A stretch of 64,000 nucleotides of DNA from Candidatus Parcubacteria bacterium (GTDB taxonomy: Bacteria > Patescibacteriota > Minisyncoccia > Minisyncoccales > JAGMAB01). The notes below the pieces were generated by a model that did no database searches, was not told the DNA's origin, and saw only the letters and a program-made list of their open reading frames with translations. Positions 37,097 through 45,444 of the stretch are shown piece after piece. Both the position numbers and the translations under genes were made by a program. The stretch lies in contig JAGMAB010000001.1 in the NCBI GenBank assembly GCA_023131055.1, positions 1,486-65,485 of the forward strand, written 5' to 3'. Position 1 is the first letter of the stretch, and the number at the start of each line of letters is the position of its first letter.

Positions 37097-38931
37097 TTTA
37101 TATTAATCGGAAATAGTTTTCCCAACTCTGTCTTGGAAATTTGAGTATTTCCTGTGATATTGGATACGAAATTTAATTTTTCTTTTGAGGATAGTTGTTT
37201 AGCAACATCCCAAACAGTTAAATTATTTTTTAATGGATTATAAGCAAAATCCATTTTTATTTGGCTTTTTTTATCGGGAGGGAATATTACATTAACATGA
37301 TTTTCGGCAATAAACTTCATTCCGGAAGGGATAATAGCTGATTTTAATCTTGCCGACTTAACTGTTCCCGTGATTCTATTTGTTACGATTGCAGGTCCGA
37401 CATTAAAATTATTAGTCCTAACATACTGAGGTTTATCTTTTCTTGTAATTGGTATTTTTAACCCATCTAGGGTTATATTGTGCGCCCATATTAAAGAGAT
37501 GGCGCCTTTTGGGTTATGTGTAAGAATATCTCTATTTTGGTTCCACACCAATCTCCCTGTTTTAACTTCAAAGTTTAAATCATGTAAAGTCACTTTGCCC
37601 TTGAAAGCATTTTTCAGGTAGTTTGTATTTTCGCTAAAGATTAAAATACCATTTTTCTTAAATAAATAATCTCCTTTATTTTTACCTTTTTTAAGGATTA
37701 ACAACATTATTGATTGCTGGGCTCCATGAAATAATTTAGGATCTTTGATAACTTGCAAGTATTCAATATTAGAATTCTCAACAATAAACTTTCTTACTTT
37801 TGAGAAATAAGCTCCATTATTCATAGATGGAGGAACTACATACGCAAGGTACCCGCCTTTTTTAAGTAAATTTATTCCTTGGTGAATAAATAAACTAAAG
37901 ATATTTACACGACCATTTATTATATCGCCGAATTTCTGTCTTAATGTTTTTGATAGTGTAAATTCATAATAAGGCGGATTTCCAATCACAAAATCATATT
38001 TTCCATATTCTTTATTGAAAAGAGTGTTAGTAGTTTTTATGTTTGCCGTCGGAATTAATTCTTTAGCTATATCTACTAATTTTTTATCTATATCCCATGC
38101 CTCTAATCTGGGATTCTTAAAATATTCTTTCGCTGTAATTAAAAATTCCCCTGTGCCGCAAGCCGGATCTAAAACTCGTGGATTTTTAACAGTATTTGGT
38201 AATTTATTAAGCAATATTTTTCTTATAGACTTGGGTGTAAAATATTGACCGAGAGATTTTCTGTGCCCGATATCCGTTTCTCTCATATATTTAATAGTAG
38301 CTTCAGTAAATTCCTTGCTATCTTGGATTATATCTTGTAGTTCTTTGAAATTTCTAATTACACTAATGACTTTCCCTTGAATAATTAAATCTTTTGTAAA
38401 AATTGGCTTTAGGTTTGGATTGGCTGGTTGTAATCTAAATCTACTCTTTTCTTTGTAAATTTTCTTTAAGGTTACCTCGTTGTCGTTTATTAAGGCAACA
38501 ACTGTTTCGCCATTTTCTGCTGTTGGTTGTTTTCTAATTATTACAGTATCACCGTCAAAAATTCCTTCATCAATCATACTGTTTCCTTGAACCCTTAAAG
38601 CGTAATGTTTCCCTGATTTAGATAACTGATTTTTAGGCACTTCAATAGTTTCTGTATCTTCAATAGCTTCAATCGGCTGTCCGGCTGCAATAGTTCCTAA
38701 TATAGATATTTTTACTAAATCTGAAGATTTCTTTTTTTTATTTATTTCAATAACTCTTGATTGTGTTTTTAGATAACCTTTTTCTCTTAACGCTTCTATG
38801 TGTTGATGAATAGTTGATACCGAAGACAATCTAAAATGCCTCTTTATTTCTTCCAAAGAGGGAGCATAAGTATTTTCTTTAATATACTTAGTAATAAAAT
38901 CTAATATTTGTTTTTGTCTTTTTGTTAGCAT
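37093..38931 (-). CDS. LexA repressor (wHTH + S24 autopeptidase) fused to a gamma-class N6-adenine DNA methyltransferase
   Basis: Residues 1-205: LexA wHTH, AAG cleavage site (A83-G84), GNSM (S118), TLKK (K156). Residues 206-612: LDPACGTGEFL (motif I), GNPPY (motif IV), and a long target-recognition domain. Confidence 0.8.
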   Translation of the reverse strand: MLTKRQKQILDFITKYIKENTYAPSLEEIKRHFRLSSVSTIHQHIEALREKGYLKTQSRVIEINKKKKSSDLVKISILGTIAAGQPIEAIEDTETIEVPKNQLSKSGKHYALRVQGNSMIDEGIFDGDTVIIRKQPTAENGETVVALINDNEVTLKKIYKEKSRFRLQPANPNLKPIFTKDLIIQGKVISVIRNFKELQDIIQDSKEFTEATIKYMRETDIGHRKSLGQYFTPKSIRKILLNKLPNTVKNPRVLDPACGTGEFLITAKEYFKNPRLEAWDIDKKLVDIAKELIPTANIKTTNTLFNKEYGKYDFVIGNPPYYEFTLSKTLRQKFGDIINGRVNIFSLFIHQGINLLKKGGYLAYVVPPSMNNGAYFSKVRKFIVENSNIEYLQVIKDPKLFHGAQQSIMLLILKKGKNKGDYLFKKNGILIFSENTNYLKNAFKGKVTLHDLNFEVKTGRLVWNQNRDILTHNPKGAISLIWAHNITLDGLKIPITRKDKPQYVRTNNFNVGPAIVTNRITGTVKSARLKSAIIPSGMKFIAENHVNVIFPPDKKSQIKMDFAYNPLKNNLTVWDVAKQLSSKEKLNFVSNITGNTQISKTELGKLFPININ

Positions 38932-38935
38932 AGGT

Positions 38936-38967
38936 TTGACAAGGTTTTTACTCTTGTTATAATTATA
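38936..38967. promoter_or_regulatory. interdigitated divergent promoters
   Basis: Plus strand: TTGACA (38936-41), 16-nt spacer, TATAAT (38958-63). Minus strand: extended -10 TGCTATAAT (38970-38962) facing the LexA-methylase gene. The -10 hexamers overlap. Confidence 0.45.
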
Positions 38968-39020
38968 GCATACCGAAAAAGAACCGAAAATGCTGTCAAC
39001 CTGTGGAAAACTTTTTAACC

Positions 39021-39057
39021 AAAAAAAACCGCCTCGCTTGCAGCGCGGCGGTTTTTT
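39021..39057. terminator. bidirectional GC-rich terminator hairpin
   Basis: A-run, then CCGCCTCGC-TTGCA-GCGCGGCGG, then T-run. Lies between the plus-strand promoter at 38936 and the CYTH gene. Confidence 0.6.
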
Positions 39058-39071
39058 GGTAAAATAGAAAT

Positions 39072-39638
39072 ATGAATGTTGAAGTGGAAATAAAAGTTAA
39101 AATAGATAGTTTTGAAGAAGTGAAAAAGAATTTGCTTGACGCCGGCAAATTAGTAAAAACAATAAAACAAATTGATGAATATTATATTCCTTGTCATAGG
39201 GATTTTTTTGCTAATAAACCTCATCCTGTAGAATGGTTGAGAATAAGAACTAATCCTGATAAAGTAGTTTTTGAATATGATAAGTCCATAAATAAAAAAT
39301 CTGACGGCGAGCAGGAATGCGCCAAAGAATATGAAACAGAAATTTCTCAACCTAATGAATTTAGAAAAATTTTAGAATTTTTGGATTTCAAAAAAATAAT
39401 GACAGTTGATAAACAAAGAGAATACTGGAATTGTGGAGATTTTGAAGTTTGCTTGGACAATGTTAAAGATTTAGGATTTTTCATTGAAGTAGAGGCAAAA
39501 GGGGATTTTGAAAATACAGAAAAGGCGAAAAAAGGATGTATGGATTTTTTAGATAAACTTGGAATTGAAAATTGGCAAGAAAACCATATCAAAAAAGGGT
39601 ATCCTGTTCTACTTTTAGAAAAAAATTTGGTAAAATGA
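39072..39638 (+). CDS. CYTH-domain protein (CyaB-like class IV adenylyl cyclase / triphosphate tunnel metalloenzyme)
   Basis: N-terminal ExExK signature (MNVEVEIKVKI) and size and charge pattern of the CYTH fold. Confidence 0.75.
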   Translation: MNVEVEIKVKIDSFEEVKKNLLDAGKLVKTIKQIDEYYIPCHRDFFANKPHPVEWLRIRTNPDKVVFEYDKSINKKSDGEQECAKEYETEISQPNEFRKILEFLDFKKIMTVDKQREYWNCGDFEVCLDNVKDLGFFIEVEAKGDFENTEKAKKGCMDFLDKLGIENWQENHIKKGYPVLLLEKNLVK

Positions 39639-39845
39639 TAGTGAAAGTTCGTAGAGGTTTAATTCCCGTAGTATAGAAAAAGTGTTGACATAATTTTTAA
39701 TTTGCGTAGTATAAATAATGATGAAAACCTTTGTTCAAATAGAATACACAAGAGCAATTTAGCAGGGAAATAATTGATTGCGAATAGCCGAAAACGACTA
39801 ATGTATTTGGCTATTGTATTAAATTATTTAATCCCTGTTTTTTTT

Positions 39846-41405
39846 ATGGACAAAAATAACATAAAAATTCCAAAATTTTTTTACGAGAACCAATCAGAAA
39901 AAATTAAAAATCCTTTATTGGTTCTGCATAATATTTCAAAATCCTATGGAGAAGAGGATCTGTTTTCTGCTCTTGATTTAACAATAAATTCTAATGACAG
40001 AATCGCTATTGTGGGAGCGAATGGAATAGGCAAAAGCGCTCTTTTGAAAATAATTATAGGAATAGAGGAAGCAGACGAAGGAAATATCAGTAAAAACAAA
40101 AATCTTAAAATAGGATATCTGCCGCAAGAAACCCTTTGGAAATCTCTTCAAAACACGCTTTTAGAAGAAATGCATTCGGTAAGCGCGGAAACGCTAAAAC
40201 TGAATAGCCTTCGCTATGAAGGATTGATAAAAAATCTTTTAGAAAATTTTGGTTTTTCAGAACAATATCTGCAAAGGAAAATTAAGACATTAAGCGGCGG
40301 AGAAAGGACAAAATTAGCGTTGGCTAAAATTTTAACCCTGAAACCTAATTTGTTGATTTTAGACGAGCCGACTAATCATCTTGACTTAAAAACAATAGAA
40401 TGGCTGGAACAATTCTTGTTAAATTGGAATAAAACCATAATATGCGTATCTCACGATAGATTATTTTTGGATAAAATGTGCGATAAGACATTTGAATTAA
40501 CCAGACAGGGATTGCAAAAATATTATTGTTCTTATTCTGAATACATAAAAGAAAAAGAAAAGCGTATTGAAATACAAGAAAAGAATTATAAAAATCAGCA
40601 AAAGTATTTCAAGAAACAGCAGGAATTTATTGACCGTTTCAGATATAAGGCGGCAATAGCCGGACAAGTTCAAGGCAGGATTAAGCAATTAGCAAAAGTA
40701 GAACGATTAGAAAATCCGAAAGCAACCAGCGATATCAAAATCGCTTTTGACATTGCAGAGAAAACCTGTTCAAAGGTCTTAGAAATCAATGATTTAATAG
40801 TTGGAGATAAGCAATCGCCTTTATTTGAAATACAAGACAGAATAGAAGTAAATTGGGGAGATAAAATCGGCATTATAGGGAATAACGGAGCAGGAAAATC
40901 AAGTTTGTTAAAAACCATTATTGGCGAGCGCCAGAATGTTATTGGAAAAGCAAAAATAACACAAGGAATAAAAATAGGTTATTACGCGCAAGCGCATGAA
41001 GAATTAGATCCGGAAAAAAGTATATTAGAAGAAGTAGCTTCTAAAACAATATCCGATGAAGAAAAAATCAGAAATGTTTTGGGCTGCCTTTTGTTTACCC
41101 AAAACCAGACCGCTAAAAAAATTCATCAATTAAGCGGCGGGGAACGGGCAAGAGTAGCTTTGGCTGAATTAATATTGCAAAGGTCAAATTTCCTTGTATT
41201 AGACGAGCCAACAAATCATTTAGACCTCCCAAGCAAAGAAGTTGTGACTAATATGCTTAAAGAATACAAAGGCGCGATTCTTTTAGTTTCCCACGACCGC
41301 TATATTCTCAATAAAGTATGTAATAATATTTGGGAAATTAAAAATAAGAAATTAAAAGCATATTTAGGGAATTATAAAGATTATCTCTATGCTTTGATGG
41401 ATTAA
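39846..41405 (+). CDS. ABC-F family ATPase (translation-factor type, no TM domain)
   Basis: Two ABC cassettes (GANGIGKS / LSGGERTK / LILDEPTNHLD and GNNGAGKS / LSGGERAR / LVLDEPTNHLD) joined by a basic linker. ATG 39846 preferred over TTG 39774. Confidence 0.85.
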   Translation: MDKNNIKIPKFFYENQSEKIKNPLLVLHNISKSYGEEDLFSALDLTINSNDRIAIVGANGIGKSALLKIIIGIEEADEGNISKNKNLKIGYLPQETLWKSLQNTLLEEMHSVSAETLKLNSLRYEGLIKNLLENFGFSEQYLQRKIKTLSGGERTKLALAKILTLKPNLLILDEPTNHLDLKTIEWLEQFLLNWNKTIICVSHDRLFLDKMCDKTFELTRQGLQKYYCSYSEYIKEKEKRIEIQEKNYKNQQKYFKKQQEFIDRFRYKAAIAGQVQGRIKQLAKVERLENPKATSDIKIAFDIAEKTCSKVLEINDLIVGDKQSPLFEIQDRIEVNWGDKIGIIGNNGAGKSSLLKTIIGERQNVIGKAKITQGIKIGYYAQAHEELDPEKSILEEVASKTISDEEKIRNVLGCLLFTQNQTAKKIHQLSGGERARVALAELILQRSNFLVLDEPTNHLDLPSKEVVTNMLKEYKGAILLVSHDRYILNKVCNNIWEIKNKKLKAYLGNYKDYLYALMD

Positions 41406-41423
41406 ATTTTGAGCGGTTTTTTG

Positions 41424-41452
41424 TTGACAAAAAGCCGTATCTCTTGTTTAAT
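41424..41452 (+). promoter_or_regulatory. promoter TTGACA-17-TTTAAT placing the start site at or near the typA ATG
   Basis: The -10 element ends at 41452 and the ATG is at 41459. No Shine-Dalgarno sequence lies between them. Confidence 0.4.
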
Positions 41453-41458
41453 AACATT

Positions 41459-43270
41459 ATGGATAAAATTAATATCAGAAACATCGCTATTATCGCTCAT
41501 GTTGACCACGGAAAAACCACGCTGATTGACGCTTTACTGCGCCAGTCCAAAACCGGCTTGGACAAAGATTTGGTTGACAAAGTATGCATAATGGACAGCA
41601 ATGAGCTGGAAAAAGAAAGAGGCATTACTATTTTTTCTAAAAATGCCGCGATTTTTTATAACGGAACTAAAATCAATATCATTGACACTCCGGGTCACGC
41701 GGATTTTGGCGGAGAAGTGGAAAGAGTTTTGAATATGGCGGATGGCTGTTTGCTGTTAATTGACGCAAAAGAAGGTCCAATGCATCAGACCAGATTTGTT
41801 TTGAAAAAGGCGCTTGAAATGGGACATAAAATTATCGTGGTGATTAATAAAATTGATAAACCCGGCGCAAGAATAGATTTTGCCTTAAACGCGACCCTTG
41901 ATTTGTTTTTAGAATTAAGCGCGGATGAAAATGCTTTGAATTTCCCGGTCATTTACGCTTCCGGAAGACAGGGCAAAGCAGGAATGGAACCAGACCTTAA
42001 TAAAATGACTGATATTATCCCTGTTTTTGACGCAATTCTCAAACATATTCCTTCTCCCTTAGGCGATAAGCAAAAACCTCTGCAAATGCTTGTTACATCA
42101 ATTTCAGGAGATGATTTTAAGGGAAGAATTTGCATTGGCAGAATTCATAACGGCGTTATTAAATCCGGACAGGAAATAACTTACATCAATAAATTCGGCA
42201 AAGAAAAGAAATACCGTTTGATTTCTTTAATGACCTTTTCAGGCTTAAACAAAGTTGAAACAGCAGAGGTTTCAGCCGGCGATATTGCGGCTTTAGCCGG
42301 CATACCGGACGCGACAGTCGGAGAAACCATTGCGGCTCCTGAAAATCCAAAAGCTCTGCCTTTAATCAATATAGAAAAACCGACAGTTAAAATGACATTT
42401 TTGGTCAATAATTCTCCGTTTGCCGGCAAAGAAGGAAAGTTTTCAACTTCGCGCCAATTAAAAGCAAGATTGTATAAAGAACTGGAAACCGATGTGGCGT
42501 TAAACATTGAAGAATTAACAAGCGTGAGCTGGATTGTTTCCGGACGCGGAGAACTGCATTTAGCTATTTTTATTGAAAGAATGCGGCGCGAGGGTTATGA
42601 ATTGCAGGTTTCCAGACCACAGGTGATTGTTAAAGAAATTGACGGGCAGAAAATGGCGCCGTTTGAAAAGGTTTGCGTTGAAGTGCCGGAAAAATTCCAT
42701 GGTTCTGTGATACAAAAAATGAATAGCCGAAAAGGAGAAATGGTTGATATGAAAAATATTGACAACACGGTTTTTTTGGAATTTATTATTCCAACAAGAG
42801 GCCTTTTCGGATACCGGAACGAATTTCTAACCGACACCAAAGGCACAGGTATTATTAACGCTAATTTTTATAAATATCAAAAGGATCCCGGCAACTGGAA
42901 AGAAAGAGACCATGGTTCTTTGGTGGCGCACGAAACAGGTATGACCAATTTATACGGATTGAGAAACATTCAAAGCAGAGGGGTTTTGTTTTTGGGACCG
43001 GCAATTAAAGTTTATGAAGGACAAGTTGTGGGACAAAATTCAAGAAGCAATGATATCAGAGTAAATGTCTGCAAGGAAAAACAGCTTTCAAATATGCGTT
43101 CGCGGGGCGAGGGCACGACCGAGCATTTTAACGAACCGAAAATCATGGAATTGGAAGACGCCCTGGTTTATATCAGCGATGACGAGCTTGTAGAAATTAC
43201 TCCCAAAAATATCCGCATAAGAAAAATCTTTTTGGACGAAATCAGCGCGAAACGCGCCGCGAAAATTTGA
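41459..43270 (+). CDS. typA: translational GTPase TypA/BipA
   Basis: IRNIAIIAHVDHGKTTL, DTPGHADFGGEVER and NKIDK motifs. About 600 aa. Confidence 0.9.
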   Translation: MDKINIRNIAIIAHVDHGKTTLIDALLRQSKTGLDKDLVDKVCIMDSNELEKERGITIFSKNAAIFYNGTKINIIDTPGHADFGGEVERVLNMADGCLLLIDAKEGPMHQTRFVLKKALEMGHKIIVVINKIDKPGARIDFALNATLDLFLELSADENALNFPVIYASGRQGKAGMEPDLNKMTDIIPVFDAILKHIPSPLGDKQKPLQMLVTSISGDDFKGRICIGRIHNGVIKSGQEITYINKFGKEKKYRLISLMTFSGLNKVETAEVSAGDIAALAGIPDATVGETIAAPENPKALPLINIEKPTVKMTFLVNNSPFAGKEGKFSTSRQLKARLYKELETDVALNIEELTSVSWIVSGRGELHLAIFIERMRREGYELQVSRPQVIVKEIDGQKMAPFEKVCVEVPEKFHGSVIQKMNSRKGEMVDMKNIDNTVFLEFIIPTRGLFGYRNEFLTDTKGTGIINANFYKYQKDPGNWKERDHGSLVAHETGMTNLYGLRNIQSRGVLFLGPAIKVYEGQVVGQNSRSNDIRVNVCKEKQLSNMRSRGEGTTEHFNEPKIMELEDALVYISDDELVEITPKNIRIRKIFLDEISAKRAAKI

Positions 43271-43317
43271 CAAAAATTCTTAAATTTGCTATTTTAAAAA
43301 AAATTGGATGAGACCTC

Positions 43318-43345
43318 TTGACAAGGTTTCTTGGTTTGTTAAACT
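43318..43345 (+). promoter_or_regulatory. promoter TTGACAAGGTTT...TAAACT (island promoter 1)
   Basis: TTGACA 43318-23, 16-nt spacer, TAAACT 43340-45. Followed by a ~180-nt leader with a long imperfect hairpin (about 43409-43462). Confidence 0.5.
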
Positions 43346-43531
43346 GGGCTCTCCTGATATTGGCAAGTTCTAAAATAGTTGTTATATTTGTTTTATAATA
43401 AAAGCATTGTAGGTGATTGATTGGTTATTAGTAAAAAATTAGCAATCAGTCAGTCGCCTGCAATAAAACATTGTAGTGATTCAGTTAGGGGATAATGTAT
43501 GCCTGGGACGACTAAAAAGGAGTAATAAATT

Positions 43532-44011
43532 ATGAAAGAAAAAGCGATAGAAGTTTTGAATGAAGCATTGCATAGGATAATAGAAAACTCGCGAGTGATA
43601 AAACCAACGGCAATTGAACACCATTGCGCAGATGGACCAGACAGCAGGGGATATACAATGGGACGCAGAGTTTTCCAGTTAAATGATATTAAGTTCGAAA
43701 TAGCGGATTTGACAACTGAAAAACAACATATAGCTAGAGTAGATGTGATAGCGGATATGAATAAATACGGCGATATTACAAGAAAAAGTATTGATTTTAT
43801 TCCAGGTGAGCAATGGGACCAAGGAAAAATAGAGATAACAGAACATTGGTGGTTTCCGGCTTATGATTCCGTCTGTTCAGCAAGGGTATCGGAAACGGTA
43901 AAAAGAAGAACAAAAAAACAAATAGAGACACTGATTCAATGGCTGCGAGATCAGGGAGTACAGCTCTTTAATACAACAAAATACAGGATTAGTACAGATA
44001 TTTTAAAATAA
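43532..44011 (+). CDS. hypothetical protein (island gene 1)
   Basis: 159-aa ORF with RBS AAAGGAG. Its codon usage differs from the flanking genes (more ATA/AGG/ACA/GTG). Confidence 0.55.
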   Translation: MKEKAIEVLNEALHRIIENSRVIKPTAIEHHCADGPDSRGYTMGRRVFQLNDIKFEIADLTTEKQHIARVDVIADMNKYGDITRKSIDFIPGEQWDQGKIEITEHWWFPAYDSVCSARVSETVKRRTKKQIETLIQWLRDQGVQLFNTTKYRISTDILK

Positions 44012-44019
44012 AATTTAAA

Positions 44020-44070
44020 AGGCGATGAGAGTTGAATTATACTCAATTCAATGACTCGCCTGTTTTTTTT
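44020..44070 (+). terminator. intrinsic terminator
   Basis: GGCGA..TTGAATT / AATTCAA..TCGCC hairpin followed by T9. Confidence 0.6.
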
Positions 44071-44081
44071 GTAGGGGGGGG

Positions 44082-44110
44082 TTGACAAGTTTTAGAATAC
44101 TTGTTATAAT
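44082..44110 (+). promoter_or_regulatory. consensus promoter TTGACA-17-TATAAT (island promoter 2)
   Basis: GGGGGGGTTGACAAGTTTTAGAATACTTGTTATAAT. Confidence 0.5.
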
Positions 44111-44158
44111 TATTTATAATAAAAGGCGTAGTAAATTTACTATGCTTTTTATTAATTT

Positions 44159-44226
44159 AAAGAACTATTTCTGGGCGCCGACTAACGAAATTTCCTCCTT
44201 AGTCCGGCGCCCAAAAATGGTTCTTT
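44159..44226 (+). other. long near-perfect hairpin with an anti-SD-like loop (UUUCCUCCUUA)
   Basis: Outer stem AAAGAAC/GTTCTTT, inner 13-bp GC stem GGGCGCCGACTAA/TTAGTCCGGCGCCC, 13-nt loop CGAAATTTCCTCC. Sits between island promoters 2 and 3. Confidence 0.5.
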
Positions 44227-44230
44227 TGGG

Positions 44231-44259
44231 TTGACAAGGTTTTATTAGAGTGTTATATA
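44231..44259 (+). promoter_or_regulatory. promoter TTGACAAGGTTT-17-TATATA (island promoter 3)
   Basis: GGGTTGACAAGGTTTTATTAGAGTGTTATATA, about 65 nt upstream of the GT2 gene. Confidence 0.5.
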
Positions 44260-44325
44260 ACTATTATAAAACAAGTTCCTTAAAAATTAAATAGAAAAAC
44301 CTTAGGAGGTGAAAAAAAAGAAAAA

Positions 44326-45444
44326 ATGAATGATGTAGAACTGAACATACTGAACATAAAGGAAAATGAAAAACCTACGGTAACAGTGTTGATTCCCGCT
44401 TACAATGAAGAAGAACATATAGCAGAAACTATTCAAAACATTAAAGAACAAAGCTATCCGAATATAATACAGATTTTGGTAGTTGATGACGCTTCAACCG
44501 ATAATACTAACAAGATAGCAAGAGAATACGGCGCAGAAGTTATTAGAACGCCTGAAAATTCAGGAACAAAAGCCCAAGCGCAGAATTTTGCTCTTCCTTA
44601 TTTAAAAGGAGAACTAACAATGACAATAGACGCTGATACGACATTAGACCCAAAAGCAACCGAAGATATAGTAAAGAAATTTATTGAAGAACAAGATATT
44701 GCTTCAGTATGCGGGTTTGTGGTGCCGGAGAGAAGAAAAAATTTCTGGGAATTAGGTAGGACAATACAATACCTTTACGGACTCTTTATGCGAAAGAAAA
44801 CACAGGAATATTTGGGCATACCGATTGTCTGTTCCGGCTGTTTCTCTACATTTAATACAAAGATTTTGCAAGAGTATGGATTCAAAGACAGAACAATGGT
44901 TGAAGACATGGACTTGACCTGGCAGTTTCTGACAGAAAAGAAAAAAGTGAGATTTTTACCGGATGTAGTATGTTTTCCAAAAGACCCACACAACTGGAAA
45001 ACATACAGAGGACAAGTGAGCAGATGGTTAAGGGGATTTTTTCAGTGTATGTCTATTTACAAAAAAGATGTTTGGAAAAACAAAAAATTGGCGTTCTTTC
45101 TTTATTGGTATTTACTGGAGGGATTAATAGGGGCTATATTTTATCCTTTATTAATCTGGACTTTGATATATCCTCCAAGCCAATATTTAGTGATAACAGA
45201 GCCAATATATTTAGTGATTCCATTGAAAGCTGTGATGCCATTGATGTTTCTGTCTTCTGTAGCAATAGTAACGATTTGTTCGCTTTACCAGGGAAGTAAA
45301 TTGAAAATAAAGAAAACAGAGGTCTTGAAAGGAATACCGTGTTATTTCGTTCTAATTTTGTTGGATTGCTTCATGTTTTTTGAAGCATTTGTGAATGAGT
45401 GGGTATTGAAAAGGAAATTGGAAAAATGGGAAAAAGGACATTAA
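44326..45444 (+). CDS. processive family-2 glycosyltransferase, membrane-embedded (PgaC/IcaA/NodC-like synthase)
   Basis: VLIPAYNEE, VVDDASTDNT, TIDADT, VEDMDLT and QVSRWLRG (QxxRW), plus C-terminal TM helices. Confidence 0.85.
   Translation: MNDVELNILNIKENEKPTVTVLIPAYNEEEHIAETIQNIKEQSYPNIIQILVVDDASTDNTNKIAREYGAEVIRTPENSGTKAQAQNFALPYLKGELTMTIDADTTLDPKATEDIVKKFIEEQDIASVCGFVVPERRKNFWELGRTIQYLYGLFMRKKTQEYLGIPIVCSGCFSTFNTKILQEYGFKDRTMVEDMDLTWQFLTEKKKVRFLPDVVCFPKDPHNWKTYRGQVSRWLRGFFQCMSIYKKDVWKNKKLAFFLYWYLLEGLIGAIFYPLLIWTLIYPPSQYLVITEPIYLVIPLKAVMPLMFLSSVAIVTICSLYQGSKLKIKKTEVLKGIPCYFVLILLDCFMFFEAFVNEWVLKRKLEKWEKGH

Noticed and set aside
38998-39010. CTGTGGAAAAC, identical to the MraZ-box-containing 11-mer upstream of mraZ, as an MraZ site regulating the R-M/CYTH region
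   Set aside because: This is a single copy without the 10-nt phased repeats seen at 18388-18434. A chance occurrence in AT-rich DNA cannot be excluded.
44970-45299. 109-aa overlapping ORF inside the GT2 gene (also 51577-51768 ahead of sipW)
   Set aside because: These are alternative frames within strongly supported coding regions. They have no RBS and no recognisable motif.
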